Source of the DNA: an uncultured Candidatus Saccharibacteria bacterium
GTDB lineage: Bacteria; Patescibacteriota; Minisyncoccia; Phycocordibacterales; UBA5272
Assembly: GCA_964468825.1 (NCBI GenBank)
Contig: CAYXWO010000001.1
Span: 3,234-67,233, forward strand
DNA: 64,000 bases
Direction of reading: 5' to 3'
Shown here: piece by piece, positions 19,901-28,716 of the stretch
Layout of the letters: every line of letters starts with the position of its first letter
How positions within the stretch are numbered: the first letter of the stretch is position 1
Notes under the pieces: model-generated
What the model was told of the DNA's origin: nothing
Databases searched by the model: none
The model's input: the letters and a program-made list of their open reading frames with translations, nothing else
Program-made: the position numbers and the translations under genes

Positions 19901-20893
19901 ATGGAAAAGGACCCTCTTCTCACGGCAAAACTTATCTACTTTTGTGAAAAAATTTTGGAGTCAAAGCGTGATGGGGACCAATTTACTTCTGTTAGCTATG
20001 CTCCGCTTCTTGGCATGACCAGAGATGAGGTTTCTGACTTGATTCATCTTCTTAAAACTAAAAAACTTGCAAAGTGGGAATATGTCATCAAAACAGTTCA
20101 AGACGATGAGGGGCGGGACGTTGAGGTTGATTTTGATTCGTTGAGTTTTAACAAACGAGGGATTAAGGAGTATGTGAAAAAATTAAAGAAAGGTCTTAAG
20201 GAAAGTCCCACTATTAAACGAGAAGAGTTGTTGCGAATCAGAGAGCAGGTCAACTCTATATTTAACAAGAAAGCATGTATGCGAGTGCTTGCTAAGTTTT
20301 ATTCTACGGATGATCTTTATATCTATTTTCACTATGATAAGTATGTTCTTGTAGACCTACTTCTGAGCCATGCATACTCGAATAAAGTGTCACTTGCAGA
20401 AGTGCTTGCTGAGTTCCTCAATCCCGTCTACTACAACCTTGGTGAAGAAGGAAAATCAGAGCAGTTATTTCACTTCATCGATAAAGTCTTTTCTTTATGT
20501 GCAACTGAAAAAGATTATAATGAGTGGCAAGAAAAAGCATCAAAGTATATTACCACTATACAAAAGAAAATGAGCTCAAAAAAGAATAGTCATAATGAGA
20601 TTGAAATCGTTGGTGGAAATGTTAATTTTAAAGATATCACAATGCCGATTGAGAGAGGCCATAAAAAGATGTTTATTGAGCTCAACAAAACTCCTCAGAT
20701 TAATAGAAATGGAAAACTATTTAAGCAAGGTGAAAAGGTCCATAGAAGTGTGTTGCAAAGCGTCGCATATCGAGATGAAGACTCATTCAGAGCAGCGCTA
20801 GCCAAACTTAGAACAAAACTTAGGGAATCTGGTCTCCCTGTTGAGATTGTGAATGATACTACTAATCACTATATGCTAACGATCAATTATTAA
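19901..20893 (+). CDS. hypothetical regulator with probable C-terminal winged-helix (OmpR-like) domain
   Basis: C-terminal SFRAALAKLRTKL....IVND...YML pattern; ATG 19901 lies 7 nt after a TACAAT box. Confidence 0.6.
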   Translation: MEKDPLLTAKLIYFCEKILESKRDGDQFTSVSYAPLLGMTRDEVSDLIHLLKTKKLAKWEYVIKTVQDDEGRDVEVDFDSLSFNKRGIKEYVKKLKKGLKESPTIKREELLRIREQVNSIFNKKACMRVLAKFYSTDDLYIYFHYDKYVLVDLLLSHAYSNKVSLAEVLAEFLNPVYYNLGEEGKSEQLFHFIDKVFSLCATEKDYNEWQEKASKYITTIQKKMSSKKNSHNEIEIVGGNVNFKDITMPIERGHKKMFIELNKTPQINRNGKLFKQGEKVHRSVLQSVAYRDEDSFRAALAKLRTKLRESGLPVEIVNDTTNHYMLTINY

Positions 20894-21044
20894 AGCGAGT
20901 AATTTGAGTAGTACCTAGTAGTACTATCAATGGTACTTATGACATTCTTTCCAGCTATATAGCTCAAAGCTATCCACAGAAAAGTATGTATATATACGAA
21001 AAAGCCTAATATCTAAGGCTTTTTCTTTATGCGAAAGTCGTCCC

Positions 21045-21239
21045 ATGGACGATAAGAAAGCGCAAAAAGAAATCAAGGTGAGTTATCAGGAGGTATCTGA
21101 TGACCCGGAAGTAATCAATCAAAAAATTGAGGAGGCTTTTGATGCGCTATTTGAAATCGTCTATAAAAATTATTGGTTAGACATTCAAAACTATGGCACA
21201 ACAAAACAAAGACGAGATCTTGGCGAAGAAGCTGAGTGA
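21045..21239 (+). CDS. small hypothetical protein
   Basis: 64-aa ORF heading the replication/integrase operon. Confidence 0.6.
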   Translation: MDDKKAQKEIKVSYQEVSDDPEVINQKIEEAFDALFEIVYKNYWLDIQNYGTTKQRRDLGEEAE

Positions 21240-21384
21240 CGTATTGGCAAAGCATTACGAAAAGTATTGGTTAGCTGAAAAGAGAGGTAAGGTAAATTAT
21301 CAAGAGATAAACGATACGCTTGTGGTACATATCAAGCAAGTACTTACGTTTTACGAGAATAGTAAACGAGCCTATGGAAAATAA
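21193..21384 (+). CDS. small hypothetical protein
   Basis: 63-aa ORF overlapping its neighbours in the same operon. Confidence 0.55.
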   Translation: MAQQNKDEILAKKLSDVLAKHYEKYWLAEKRGKVNYQEINDTLVVHIKQVLTFYENSKRAYGK

Positions 21385-23431
21385 ATTCAAAACGGCAGCA
21401 CTTAACTATCACAAGAAAGGGTTCTCGGTTATCCCGCTAAAGCCACAAAGTAAGATTCCAATGCTTACGCACTGGCAACAGTATTCAACTACAAAATCGA
21501 CAGTTGAGGAAATTGAAAAGTGGTGGACCGAGACACCGAATGCAAATATCGGGGTTGTATGTGGTCCAGCTGGTGGAAGATTTTTGTTCGTTGTCGATCA
21601 AGATGTGCTCAAAGACGAAAACAAGATTCCTATGCTGGATGAAAATGGAGACTTCAAGGAGCGTGGTGATATACGAGGTTGCCCTCCGACAGTTCTTCAA
21701 ACAAGTGGTAGTGGCGGCAAGCAGATGTTCTATTTTGCACCAAAGGGATATGAGGTTGGTAATCGTATTGGTGTACGCCGTCTTGTGGATGTGAAGGGAC
21801 TTAATGGTCAGGTGGTTGTACCACCATCAATTCATCCCAATGGGAAGGAGTACTCGTGGGATTGGGAAGACCTTGATCCAGCTAGCATAACCGAGTTTCC
21901 TAAAGAGGATCTAGACGCATTCTTGGGAGTGAGTAGTGACGGCAAAGATTCAGTTGATAAAGTTCTCGCTGGCGTTCCTGTAGGAGAAGGGAAAAGGCAT
22001 ATTGGCATCGCACAGGTCGCTGGATACTACTTGAGAAAAGCAAAGTCTCCCGCAGAAATAGATATGGCAAGAATAGCTGTCTATGCATGGGATAAGATAG
22101 TGAATAAGTCTCCTGAGCCAGAAATGGAGAGACGGAAGGAGATCGATAACGTGTTTGACGGTATTCTCAAACTAGAGCAAACAAAGAGAGGTAAGCAAAC
22201 TTCCTCATCAGGTAAAGCTGAAAAGAAATTCGTTGAGCCTAAGTTGTGGCAAATCAGTGATATCTTAACGACTGATTTCGGAGAGGAGGAGTGGGCAGTA
22301 GAAAATCTCATATCTAAGCAAGGTATCACAGCTCTTTCAGGAAATCCTGGCGACTTCAAAACATGGCTAACGATTCATACAGCGCTCTGTGTCGTCCGTA
22401 ACGTGCCGGTGTTCGGTAAGTTTAAAGTGACACAAGGCAATGTGCTCATTATAGATGAAGAGGACCATATCAGGTTACTTAAAAAGAGACTGGAGCTTCT
22501 TGGTGCCAAAGAGAGTGACGAAATTCATTATCTCTCTCAAGGTGGCATAAAAGTTGATAACGAAGATGTGCTTGAATTCATTCTTAGGATTATCGAGGAC
22601 AAGGATATTAAGCTCGTGATACTCGACTCACTTGTGAGAATTCATGATCAAGAAGAGAACGATGCGAGCGGTATGTCGACTGTGTTTAGCAACTTACAGA
22701 AATTTATCACCGCTGGGGCATCAATACTCTTTACTCATCATCATAGAAAGCAAACTGGGTTCGGTAGTAGCAATGCAGGGCAGAGCATGAGAGGTTCTTC
22801 GGATATATTGGCCGCTGTGGACTGTCACATTATGATTGAAAGAAAGCGTGAAGAGGAACACAGACTCATCATAAAGCAGACAAAGTTAAGACAAGCTGAG
22901 CTATTACCAGCGTTTGAACTCAGTGTCACTCAGGGTGAGCATGGTCCATCGGGTTTCGAGTATATCGGTGATTATGATGAGCGTAGAAATAAGGCTGAAG
23001 AGGTAGCTGAAGCAATCATACTATTGCTCTCAGACGGCATGAAGAATCGCTCAGAGTTGCAAGAAATACTTATTGATGAATACGGTAAGACGGTAATTGA
23101 TGATGGCATAAAAATCGCACAAGAGATGGAAAAGATTGAACGTGTACCGAAAGAAGAGATACCAAAGGCTGACAGGAAGAAGGCCTACTATAGAGTACCA
23201 GGAGTCACGAGTGCCCACATTCAAAATGATCTTCCTGTTTCCTTAACATATATAGATGACGGGAAGCAGGAAGATGAATACGCGTACTTAGTTGAAAGTG
23301 AAGGAGAGCTAAGTGTATGTTGTAAAGCTCCGATGTATGGAGGCGCCCAGTGTAGCGCATGTGGCGCAGATGGTAAGTTCTATACCGACGAGGAGATGGA
23401 GCAAAAGGTTCTTAACTTCCAGAATAGCTAG
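21374..23431 (+). CDS. bifunctional primase-polymerase (Prim-Pol) fused to AAA_25/RepA-type helicase
   Basis: GFSVIPL..SKIP, WW..PNANIGVVCG, VVDQD, TSGSGG, DVKGLNGQVVVPPSIHPNGKEYSW; GNPGDFKT Walker A; LVILDSL, THHHRK, RGSSDI; C-terminal Cys cluster CCKA..CSAC. Confidence 0.88.
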   Translation: MENKFKTAALNYHKKGFSVIPLKPQSKIPMLTHWQQYSTTKSTVEEIEKWWTETPNANIGVVCGPAGGRFLFVVDQDVLKDENKIPMLDENGDFKERGDIRGCPPTVLQTSGSGGKQMFYFAPKGYEVGNRIGVRRLVDVKGLNGQVVVPPSIHPNGKEYSWDWEDLDPASITEFPKEDLDAFLGVSSDGKDSVDKVLAGVPVGEGKRHIGIAQVAGYYLRKAKSPAEIDMARIAVYAWDKIVNKSPEPEMERRKEIDNVFDGILKLEQTKRGKQTSSSGKAEKKFVEPKLWQISDILTTDFGEEEWAVENLISKQGITALSGNPGDFKTWLTIHTALCVVRNVPVFGKFKVTQGNVLIIDEEDHIRLLKKRLELLGAKESDEIHYLSQGGIKVDNEDVLEFILRIIEDKDIKLVILDSLVRIHDQEENDASGMSTVFSNLQKFITAGASILFTHHHRKQTGFGSSNAGQSMRGSSDILAAVDCHIMIERKREEEHRLIIKQTKLRQAELLPAFELSVTQGEHGPSGFEYIGDYDERRNKAEEVAEAIILLLSDGMKNRSELQEILIDEYGKTVIDDGIKIAQEMEKIERVPKEEIPKADRKKAYYRVPGVTSAHIQNDLPVSLTYIDDGKQEDEYAYLVESEGELSVCCKAPMYGGAQCSACGADGKFYTDEEMEQKVLNFQNS
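23229..23275. repeat. inverted repeat inside the primase 3' end (candidate ori)
   Basis: ATCTTCCTGTTTCC ... GGAAGCAGGAAGAT (13/14 complementary) around ATATATAG. Confidence 0.6.
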
Positions 23432-23488
23432 TTTATAAGGTGGATAATGCTTTTGACATTTAAGAACAATTATGAGTATAATTAATAT

Positions 23489-23701
23489 ATGGAATTTTAC
23501 ACAAGAAACGAGGTTGCGAAATACTTTAGAGTGCATGAGAGAACAATTGACCGCTGGATAGAGAGCGGTAGTTTGAAGGGGTATAAGTTTGGTGATGGTA
23601 AAACAGCTACGCTTCGTATACCAAAAGGAGAGGTCGAAAGGTTTTTAGAAGATCACAGAAGTGATAAAAAACAAGATGGAAAAAATAAATCAACAAAATA
23701 A
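23489..23701 (+). CDS. excisionase-like HTH_17/MerR-type DNA-binding protein
   Basis: FYTRNEVAKYFRVHERTIDRWIESGSLKGYK...LRIPKGEVERFL. Confidence 0.88.
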   Translation: MEFYTRNEVAKYFRVHERTIDRWIESGSLKGYKFGDGKTATLRIPKGEVERFLEDHRSDKKQDGKNKSTK

Positions 23702-25316
23702 ACTCATAGCAATATATGGGCGTGTCTCAACTTCCAATCAGGAAAATGAAGGGACCATTGAAACACAGCTCTCTGCAGTGAATGATCATGCAGAAAAGAA
23801 TGGCTATGTCATCGTGCAAAAATATATTGATGAAGGATGGAGCGGCGATAATATCGTAAGACCTGCGCTTGATCAGCTTCGCATGGATGCAAAGAAAAAG
23901 AATTGGGAAGCAGTTCTTATATATGATCCGGACAGACTTGCTAGACGTGCTGCGTGGCAAGAGGTTGTAACAGAGGAATTGCATGAGCTAGGTATCGACG
24001 TTCTTTATGTTACTGTACCACAAGCTAAGACTGATGAAGATAAAATCATGTCAAAAATGAGAGGTGTTTTTTCTGAATATGAAAGAATGAAGATCAAGGA
24101 AAGGTTTCGTCTAGGGAAGGTACGTAAGGCGCGAGAAGGTCATATCATTGCAACAGAGGCACCGTATGGATATACATTCATTACAAGGACGACTGAAAGG
24201 CAGGGGTACTATGAAATTAATGAAAAAGAATCTCTCGTCGTACAGAGTATCTTTTCTTGGGTGGGTAATGATGGCCTTACGCTTCGTGGCGTTGTGAGAA
24301 AACTTCAAGAGCTAGGTATTGCTCCGCGTAAAAGTAAGCGTGGTGTATGGAGTACGAGCACACTTAGTAATCTGCTCCGTAACAAAACATACATCGGCGA
24401 AGCTCACTATGGTGCCTCATATGCTGTGGTTCCAGAAAATCCACTTAAAGATGAGAAGTACAAGAAGATCAAGAAAACGAGCAGAAAAAGCAAACCTGAA
24501 AGCGAGTGGATAAAAATGGCATCACCGAAGATCATCGATGAAGAGCTATTTATAAAAGTCCAAGAACGACTCAAATCAAACTTTCAAGCATCAATGCGAA
24601 ATACTAAAAATGAATATCTACTGTCTCATAGAATTTGGTGTCCGTGTGGTTCACGAAGAGCAGGTGAAGGACCTCAACACGGCAAACATCTCTACTATAG
24701 ATGTACAAGTCGTGTAAAAAGCTTTCCAGTTCCTTCTAGCTGTGAAGAAAAGGGTTTAAATGCTAGAATAGTCGATACTGTGGTCTGGCAAAGAATGGTA
24801 GAACTGATGAGTTCACCTAAGCTTATGCTTAAAGAAGCTGAGCGCTGGACTAAAAGTAAAAACAAAACGATAACTGACTTTTCGGTTATCAATATAGAAG
24901 AAGCTAAGAAAGAAATTTCTAAACTCAAAGAGCAAGAAGACCGTTTTGCTAAGGCGTATGGCGCAGGACTCATTACACTTGATAAGTTAGGTGAGTACAC
25001 AGAATCTCTCAAGGAGAAAATTGCGTTACTAGATACTCAGATCACAAAGGCTTTAGACGAGCGGTCCAAAAGAAATGAAGCTCCGCTTCCTGAGATAAGT
25101 GACGTTAAGCAATTCTCTGAGGCAACATCGCACGTGCTCTCTAAGTTAAAGTTTGAGGAAAAGCAGGTAGTCGTTCGAAACACTATTACTAAAATTGTGG
25201 GCACAAGGTCGGAATTATCAATTTATGGTTTTATACCAGTAACATCAAACATCAATGTCTTCTCTCTCCATCGGCATCGTAGGTCTTCCAAACGTGGGCA
25301 AGTCTACACTATTTAA
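23676..25316 (+). CDS. large serine recombinase (integrase)
   Basis: YGRVST catalytic Ser, DEGWSG, RPALDQL, DRLAR, recombinase domain (PYGY), zinc ribbon CPCG...YYRC...C, coiled coil; ORF runs across attR into ychF. Confidence 0.95.
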   Translation: MEKINQQNKLIAIYGRVSTSNQENEGTIETQLSAVNDHAEKNGYVIVQKYIDEGWSGDNIVRPALDQLRMDAKKKNWEAVLIYDPDRLARRAAWQEVVTEELHELGIDVLYVTVPQAKTDEDKIMSKMRGVFSEYERMKIKERFRLGKVRKAREGHIIATEAPYGYTFITRTTERQGYYEINEKESLVVQSIFSWVGNDGLTLRGVVRKLQELGIAPRKSKRGVWSTSTLSNLLRNKTYIGEAHYGASYAVVPENPLKDEKYKKIKKTSRKSKPESEWIKMASPKIIDEELFIKVQERLKSNFQASMRNTKNEYLLSHRIWCPCGSRRAGEGPQHGKHLYYRCTSRVKSFPVPSSCEEKGLNARIVDTVVWQRMVELMSSPKLMLKEAERWTKSKNKTITDFSVINIEEAKKEISKLKEQEDRFAKAYGAGLITLDKLGEYTESLKEKIALLDTQITKALDERSKRNEAPLPEISDVKQFSEATSHVLSKLKFEEKQVVVRNTITKIVGTRSELSIYGFIPVTSNINVFSLHRHRRSSKRGQVYTI

Positions 25317-26355
25317 TGCAATCACTAAAAAGAGTGTGCCTGCTGATAACTACCCATTCTGTACAATAGACCCTTCCGTTGGTGTGGTTCCCGTGCCCGA
25401 TCCTCGATTAGAAGTTCTTTCTAGAATTTCTAACTCAAAGAAAATTATCCCAGCTATTGTTGAGTTTGTGGATATTGCAGGGCTTGTAAAAGGAGCGTCA
25501 GAAGGGCAAGGTCTTGGGAATCAATTCCTTTCACACATTAGAGAGACTGACGCAATCGCAGAAGTCGTGCGTATCTATGAAAACGCAGACCTCATTCACG
25601 TAGAAGGTACAGTTGACCCACTTCGTGATATCGAGATTATTAATATGGAACTCATCTTGGCTGACATGCAGACCGTGGAGAAGCGCATGCAGACGATAGG
25701 ACGAGATGTTAAGCGAGGGGATAAGGATGCAATTAAGTTACAAGAGATGCTTGAGCGCCTCAAGGTCCAGTTGGAATCTGAGAAGCTTGCTAACAGGCTT
25801 TCATTTACAGAAGACGAGCTTAGGCTTGTGAAAGAACTGCACCTCATCACCATGAAACCGTTTCTTTATGTTCTCAACAAGCAGCACGGAGGGAAGAATC
25901 TCGACGAGATGAATGATGAGAGATTCATCAAACTCATTGCATATTTTAGAGAGAACAAATTTAATTACGTGATAGTGGACGCAAAGATTGAAGACGAGCT
26001 GAAAGAATTCGAAGGAGAAGAGAAGGAGATGATGCGTAAGGAGCTTGGCGCACATGATAACGGAGTAGACGGTCTTATTAAGGAGGGCTACAACCTTCTT
26101 GGACTAGAAACATATCTTACAACAGGGGAGATGGAGACACGTGCGTGGACTGTGAAGCGTGGATCATCTGCGCCTCGTGCTGCCGCTGCAATTCACTCTG
26201 ACTTCGAACAGAAGTTTATCCGAGCAGAAGTCGTCGCATATGAAGATCTTGTGGAGGCAGGCAGCTTCGCACAAGCGAAAGAAAAGGGGAAGCTTCGAAC
26301 TGAAGGGAAAGAATATATTGTTAGAGATGGAGATGTCATTGAATTTAGAATTTGA
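25255..26355 (+). CDS. ychF: redox-regulated ATPase YchF (5' end supplied by the element)
   Basis: IGIVGLPNVGKSTLFNA, NYPFCTIDP, DIAGLVKGASEGQGLGNQFL, C-terminal TGS-like EGKEYIVRDGDVIEF. Confidence 0.96.
   Translation: MSSLSIGIVGLPNVGKSTLFNAITKKSVPADNYPFCTIDPSVGVVPVPDPRLEVLSRISNSKKIIPAIVEFVDIAGLVKGASEGQGLGNQFLSHIRETDAIAEVVRIYENADLIHVEGTVDPLRDIEIINMELILADMQTVEKRMQTIGRDVKRGDKDAIKLQEMLERLKVQLESEKLANRLSFTEDELRLVKELHLITMKPFLYVLNKQHGGKNLDEMNDERFIKLIAYFRENKFNYVIVDAKIEDELKEFEGEEKEMMRKELGAHDNGVDGLIKEGYNLLGLETYLTTGEMETRAWTVKRGSSAPRAAAAIHSDFEQKFIRAEVVAYEDLVEAGSFAQAKEKGKLRTEGKEYIVRDGDVIEFRI
25264..25277 (+). repeat. attR core
   Basis: CTCTCCATCGGCAT; matches attL at 10562-10575. Confidence 0.88.
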
Positions 26356-26526
26356 CAAGGGCGACCGAAGGTCGTTCCCTTTTCAAATTTCAAATTCTAA
26401 GTTCGATGATGTAAATACTTCCCCCTCAAAGAGAAGTTTTTACATAGATAACTTGCGTATCATCCTTACGGTCTTTTATTTAACTAGTTAAGTGATTGAC
26501 AGAAGGGGGGGGTTTTGTTGTTTAAT

Positions 26527-26647
26527 ATGAACATTCTCGGAGTCGGCTTATGTTGAAGGCCAGCTGCACGCAGTTGCCAGGGGTAGCCCTTGGGGGAACC
26601 TTGCTGAGATCTCGGGCGCGTTGCGAAAGTGACGCGCCCATTTTTTG
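26527..26647 (+). ncRNA. candidate small structured RNA followed by a terminator
   Basis: TTGACA at 26496; closing stem TCTCGG/CTGAGA enclosing three hairpins; terminator GGGCGCGTTGC-GAAA-GTGACGCGCCC-A-T6. Confidence 0.35.
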
Positions 26648-26717
26648 TCTCAGCTTTATCTTAACCTTTGTTTTGAAATAAATTCCCTTCAGGTATAGTA
26701 ATAACTAATAACCCTTC

Positions 26718-27299
26718 ATGATAAACAAAGATCTAGAGCTAAAAGACGAGGTTATCGCGAAGAATGTGTGTCTCGGAGATAAAGACGCGTATGGTGTACT
26801 TGTAGAACGCTATGAAGGGAAGCTCTCGAGATATATCAGAAGATTCACGCAGGTTAGCGATGATGCTACTGATATTCTCCAAGTTATTTTTATAAAAGCG
26901 TACACGAATCTTCGAGGCTTTGATACCAACCGCTCATTTAACTCCTGGATATACCGTATCGCTCACAACGAGTGTGTTAATTATTTAAAAAAGAGAAGTG
27001 GAGAGAAGGTGTCGTTTATAGATTTTGACACAATACTACCCCACCTCTTCGCAGACGAAGAGTCTCACACACTGGCCGAGAAAGAGGAGACCAAGAAACT
27101 GTTAGAGTCTTCCCTAAGTGGTATCTCCTCCAAGTATCGAGAAATACTTATCCTTTATTATTATGATGACCTTTCCTACGAGGAAATAGGAGAGGTTCTC
27201 CAGATACCAACATCAACAGTTGGCGTGAGAATAAAGAGGGGGAAAGAAGCTTTACATAAAATATTACTAGACAAAAAGTATCACCATGACAGATCTTAA
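26718..27299 (+). CDS. ECF-type RNA polymerase sigma factor
   Basis: Region 2 (FNSWIYRIAHNECVNYLKK); region 4 (LSYEEIGEVLQIPTSTVGVRIKRGK). Confidence 0.92.
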   Translation: MINKDLELKDEVIAKNVCLGDKDAYGVLVERYEGKLSRYIRRFTQVSDDATDILQVIFIKAYTNLRGFDTNRSFNSWIYRIAHNECVNYLKKRSGEKVSFIDFDTILPHLFADEESHTLAEKEETKKLLESSLSGISSKYREILILYYYDDLSYEEIGEVLQIPTSTVGVRIKRGKEALHKILLDKKYHHDRS

Positions 27300-28062
27300 A
27301 GACAAAATAATTCAAACGCTCTCAAGCGGAGAGATAAAGATGATACCAAAGTGGCGGCTTGTTCTCTATTCTCTAGCAGCCATCCTCTCAGCGCTCTTCC
27401 TCTTCTTGATTGTTGTCTTCTCATTCAGCTTTATCTTTTTCGTCCTGTCGAGGTACGGCTTCATGTATCTTCCGATGTTTGGATTCATGACTACACTCCA
27501 CATGTTAAGTGCAATCCCTCTCCTTCTCTTGCTCTGCACTGTTGCGCTGTTATTTATAATCGAACTCATTTCTCGCAGATATGCGTTTAGTTTTAGGAAG
27601 CCCCTTATCATCACACTTCTAGTTATTACTTCGTCCGCTGTTTTGCTTAGTTTCCTTGTGAGTATTACACCGATGCACGAATATATGCGCGATTACGCTA
27701 GGGAGCATAATATTACGCTTGTCTCAAAGGCGTATAAGAGACCGATTCCACTAGACGATAGACGAGAAATGACGGTCCTTAGAGGAACTGTAATAACAGC
27801 CTCTTCTAGTTTTGTTACTGTCCGTCTTTTCGATGGGGTTGAGGTGATAGCGTATGCTAGTACTACACTAGGAGCACTTGTTCTCCCAGTGGAAAACACA
27901 GATGTTCTCTTGTTCGGTAATTTTGTAAACGGTAATTTTGAAATTACTGAAATAAAGAATGCGCCGAGAATTCCCTTTGAAAAAAGAAAAAGAGAAACAG
28001 AGCGTGCTGATATGAAAAGACTTCCACCAGAAGATGAAATAAATATGTTCAGACAGAGGTAG
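27286..28062 (+). CDS. membrane protein, putative anti-sigma factor
   Basis: Overlaps the ECF gene; 3-4 TM helices plus a C-terminal beta-rich domain. Confidence 0.65.
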   Translation: MTDLKDKIIQTLSSGEIKMIPKWRLVLYSLAAILSALFLFLIVVFSFSFIFFVLSRYGFMYLPMFGFMTTLHMLSAIPLLLLLCTVALLFIIELISRRYAFSFRKPLIITLLVITSSAVLLSFLVSITPMHEYMRDYAREHNITLVSKAYKRPIPLDDRREMTVLRGTVITASSSFVTVRLFDGVEVIAYASTTLGALVLPVENTDVLLFGNFVNGNFEITEIKNAPRIPFEKRKRETERADMKRLPPEDEINMFRQR

Positions 28063-28138
28063 TAATAAGCAAGAAGGGAGAGAATAACATTCGCGCGAAC
28101 TCCCTTCTTATTGAACTCTAACTACGAAGTACATACAT

Positions 28139-28582
28139 ATGAAAAGAACACTAACAAAAAGAGCGCTCCTAGGAGTCGCAACGATTGCAGCAGCCGGAGC
28201 TCTCTCCGCCTCTGCGCTCGGGATGGGGGGAATGATGGGTAATCTCTCAGCAGATGAACTAGCTTCTCGCCACACACAAATGTTTCAAGAGCAAGCTACG
28301 CTTATTGGCGCATCAGTTGATGAAGTGAAGGCTGCTTGGGCAGATGGTAAAAGCATTTCCGTTCTTGCAAAAGAGAAGGGTGTAACTGAAGAGCAGCTTC
28401 AAGCTAAGCTAAAAGCACAGCGTGAAGCTAAGATGAAGACACAGCTACAGAATCTCGTGGCTAAGGGTGTTATCACTCAGGCGCAGGCTGATAAGCGTCT
28501 CACCACAATGCAGACCAAAGCTGTTACCGTAAAAGAAGGCAAGCGCGGCGGTCATGGCATGAAGGGCTTCCTCGGCTTCTAG
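28139..28582 (+). CDS. secreted helical protein (probable ECF-linked gene)
   Basis: Signal peptide; GKSISVLAKEKGV and LVAKGVITQAQAD motifs; terminator AAAAACACCGGAG..CTCCGGTGTTTTT at 28622-28650. Confidence 0.75.
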   Translation: MKRTLTKRALLGVATIAAAGALSASALGMGGMMGNLSADELASRHTQMFQEQATLIGASVDEVKAAWADGKSISVLAKEKGVTEEQLQAKLKAQREAKMKTQLQNLVAKGVITQAQADKRLTTMQTKAVTVKEGKRGGHGMKGFLGF

Positions 28583-28716
28583 CTCCCTACACAAAACACA
28601 CCATACATACAATCTATCTTCAAAAACACCGGAGGGGCTCCGGTGTTTTTGTTTTGCAAAGTTATGAATAAAAAGTTAGAGTGGTCTAGTTCAAAACATT
28701 AAGGAGGTTCTTTGTT

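Larger units (their letters stand above)
10571..25274 (+). mobile_element. ~14.7 kb serine-integrase integrative element (phage-satellite-like) inserted in the 5' end of ychF
   Basis: att repeats at both ends; large serine recombinase, HTH excisionase-like gene and primase-polymerase/helicase at the right end; terS-like genes; more AT-rich than the flanks. Confidence 0.88.

Noticed and set aside
10571-25274. Complete prophage or ICE
   Set aside because: No capsid, portal, large terminase, tail, lysis, relaxase or T4SS genes are recognisable.
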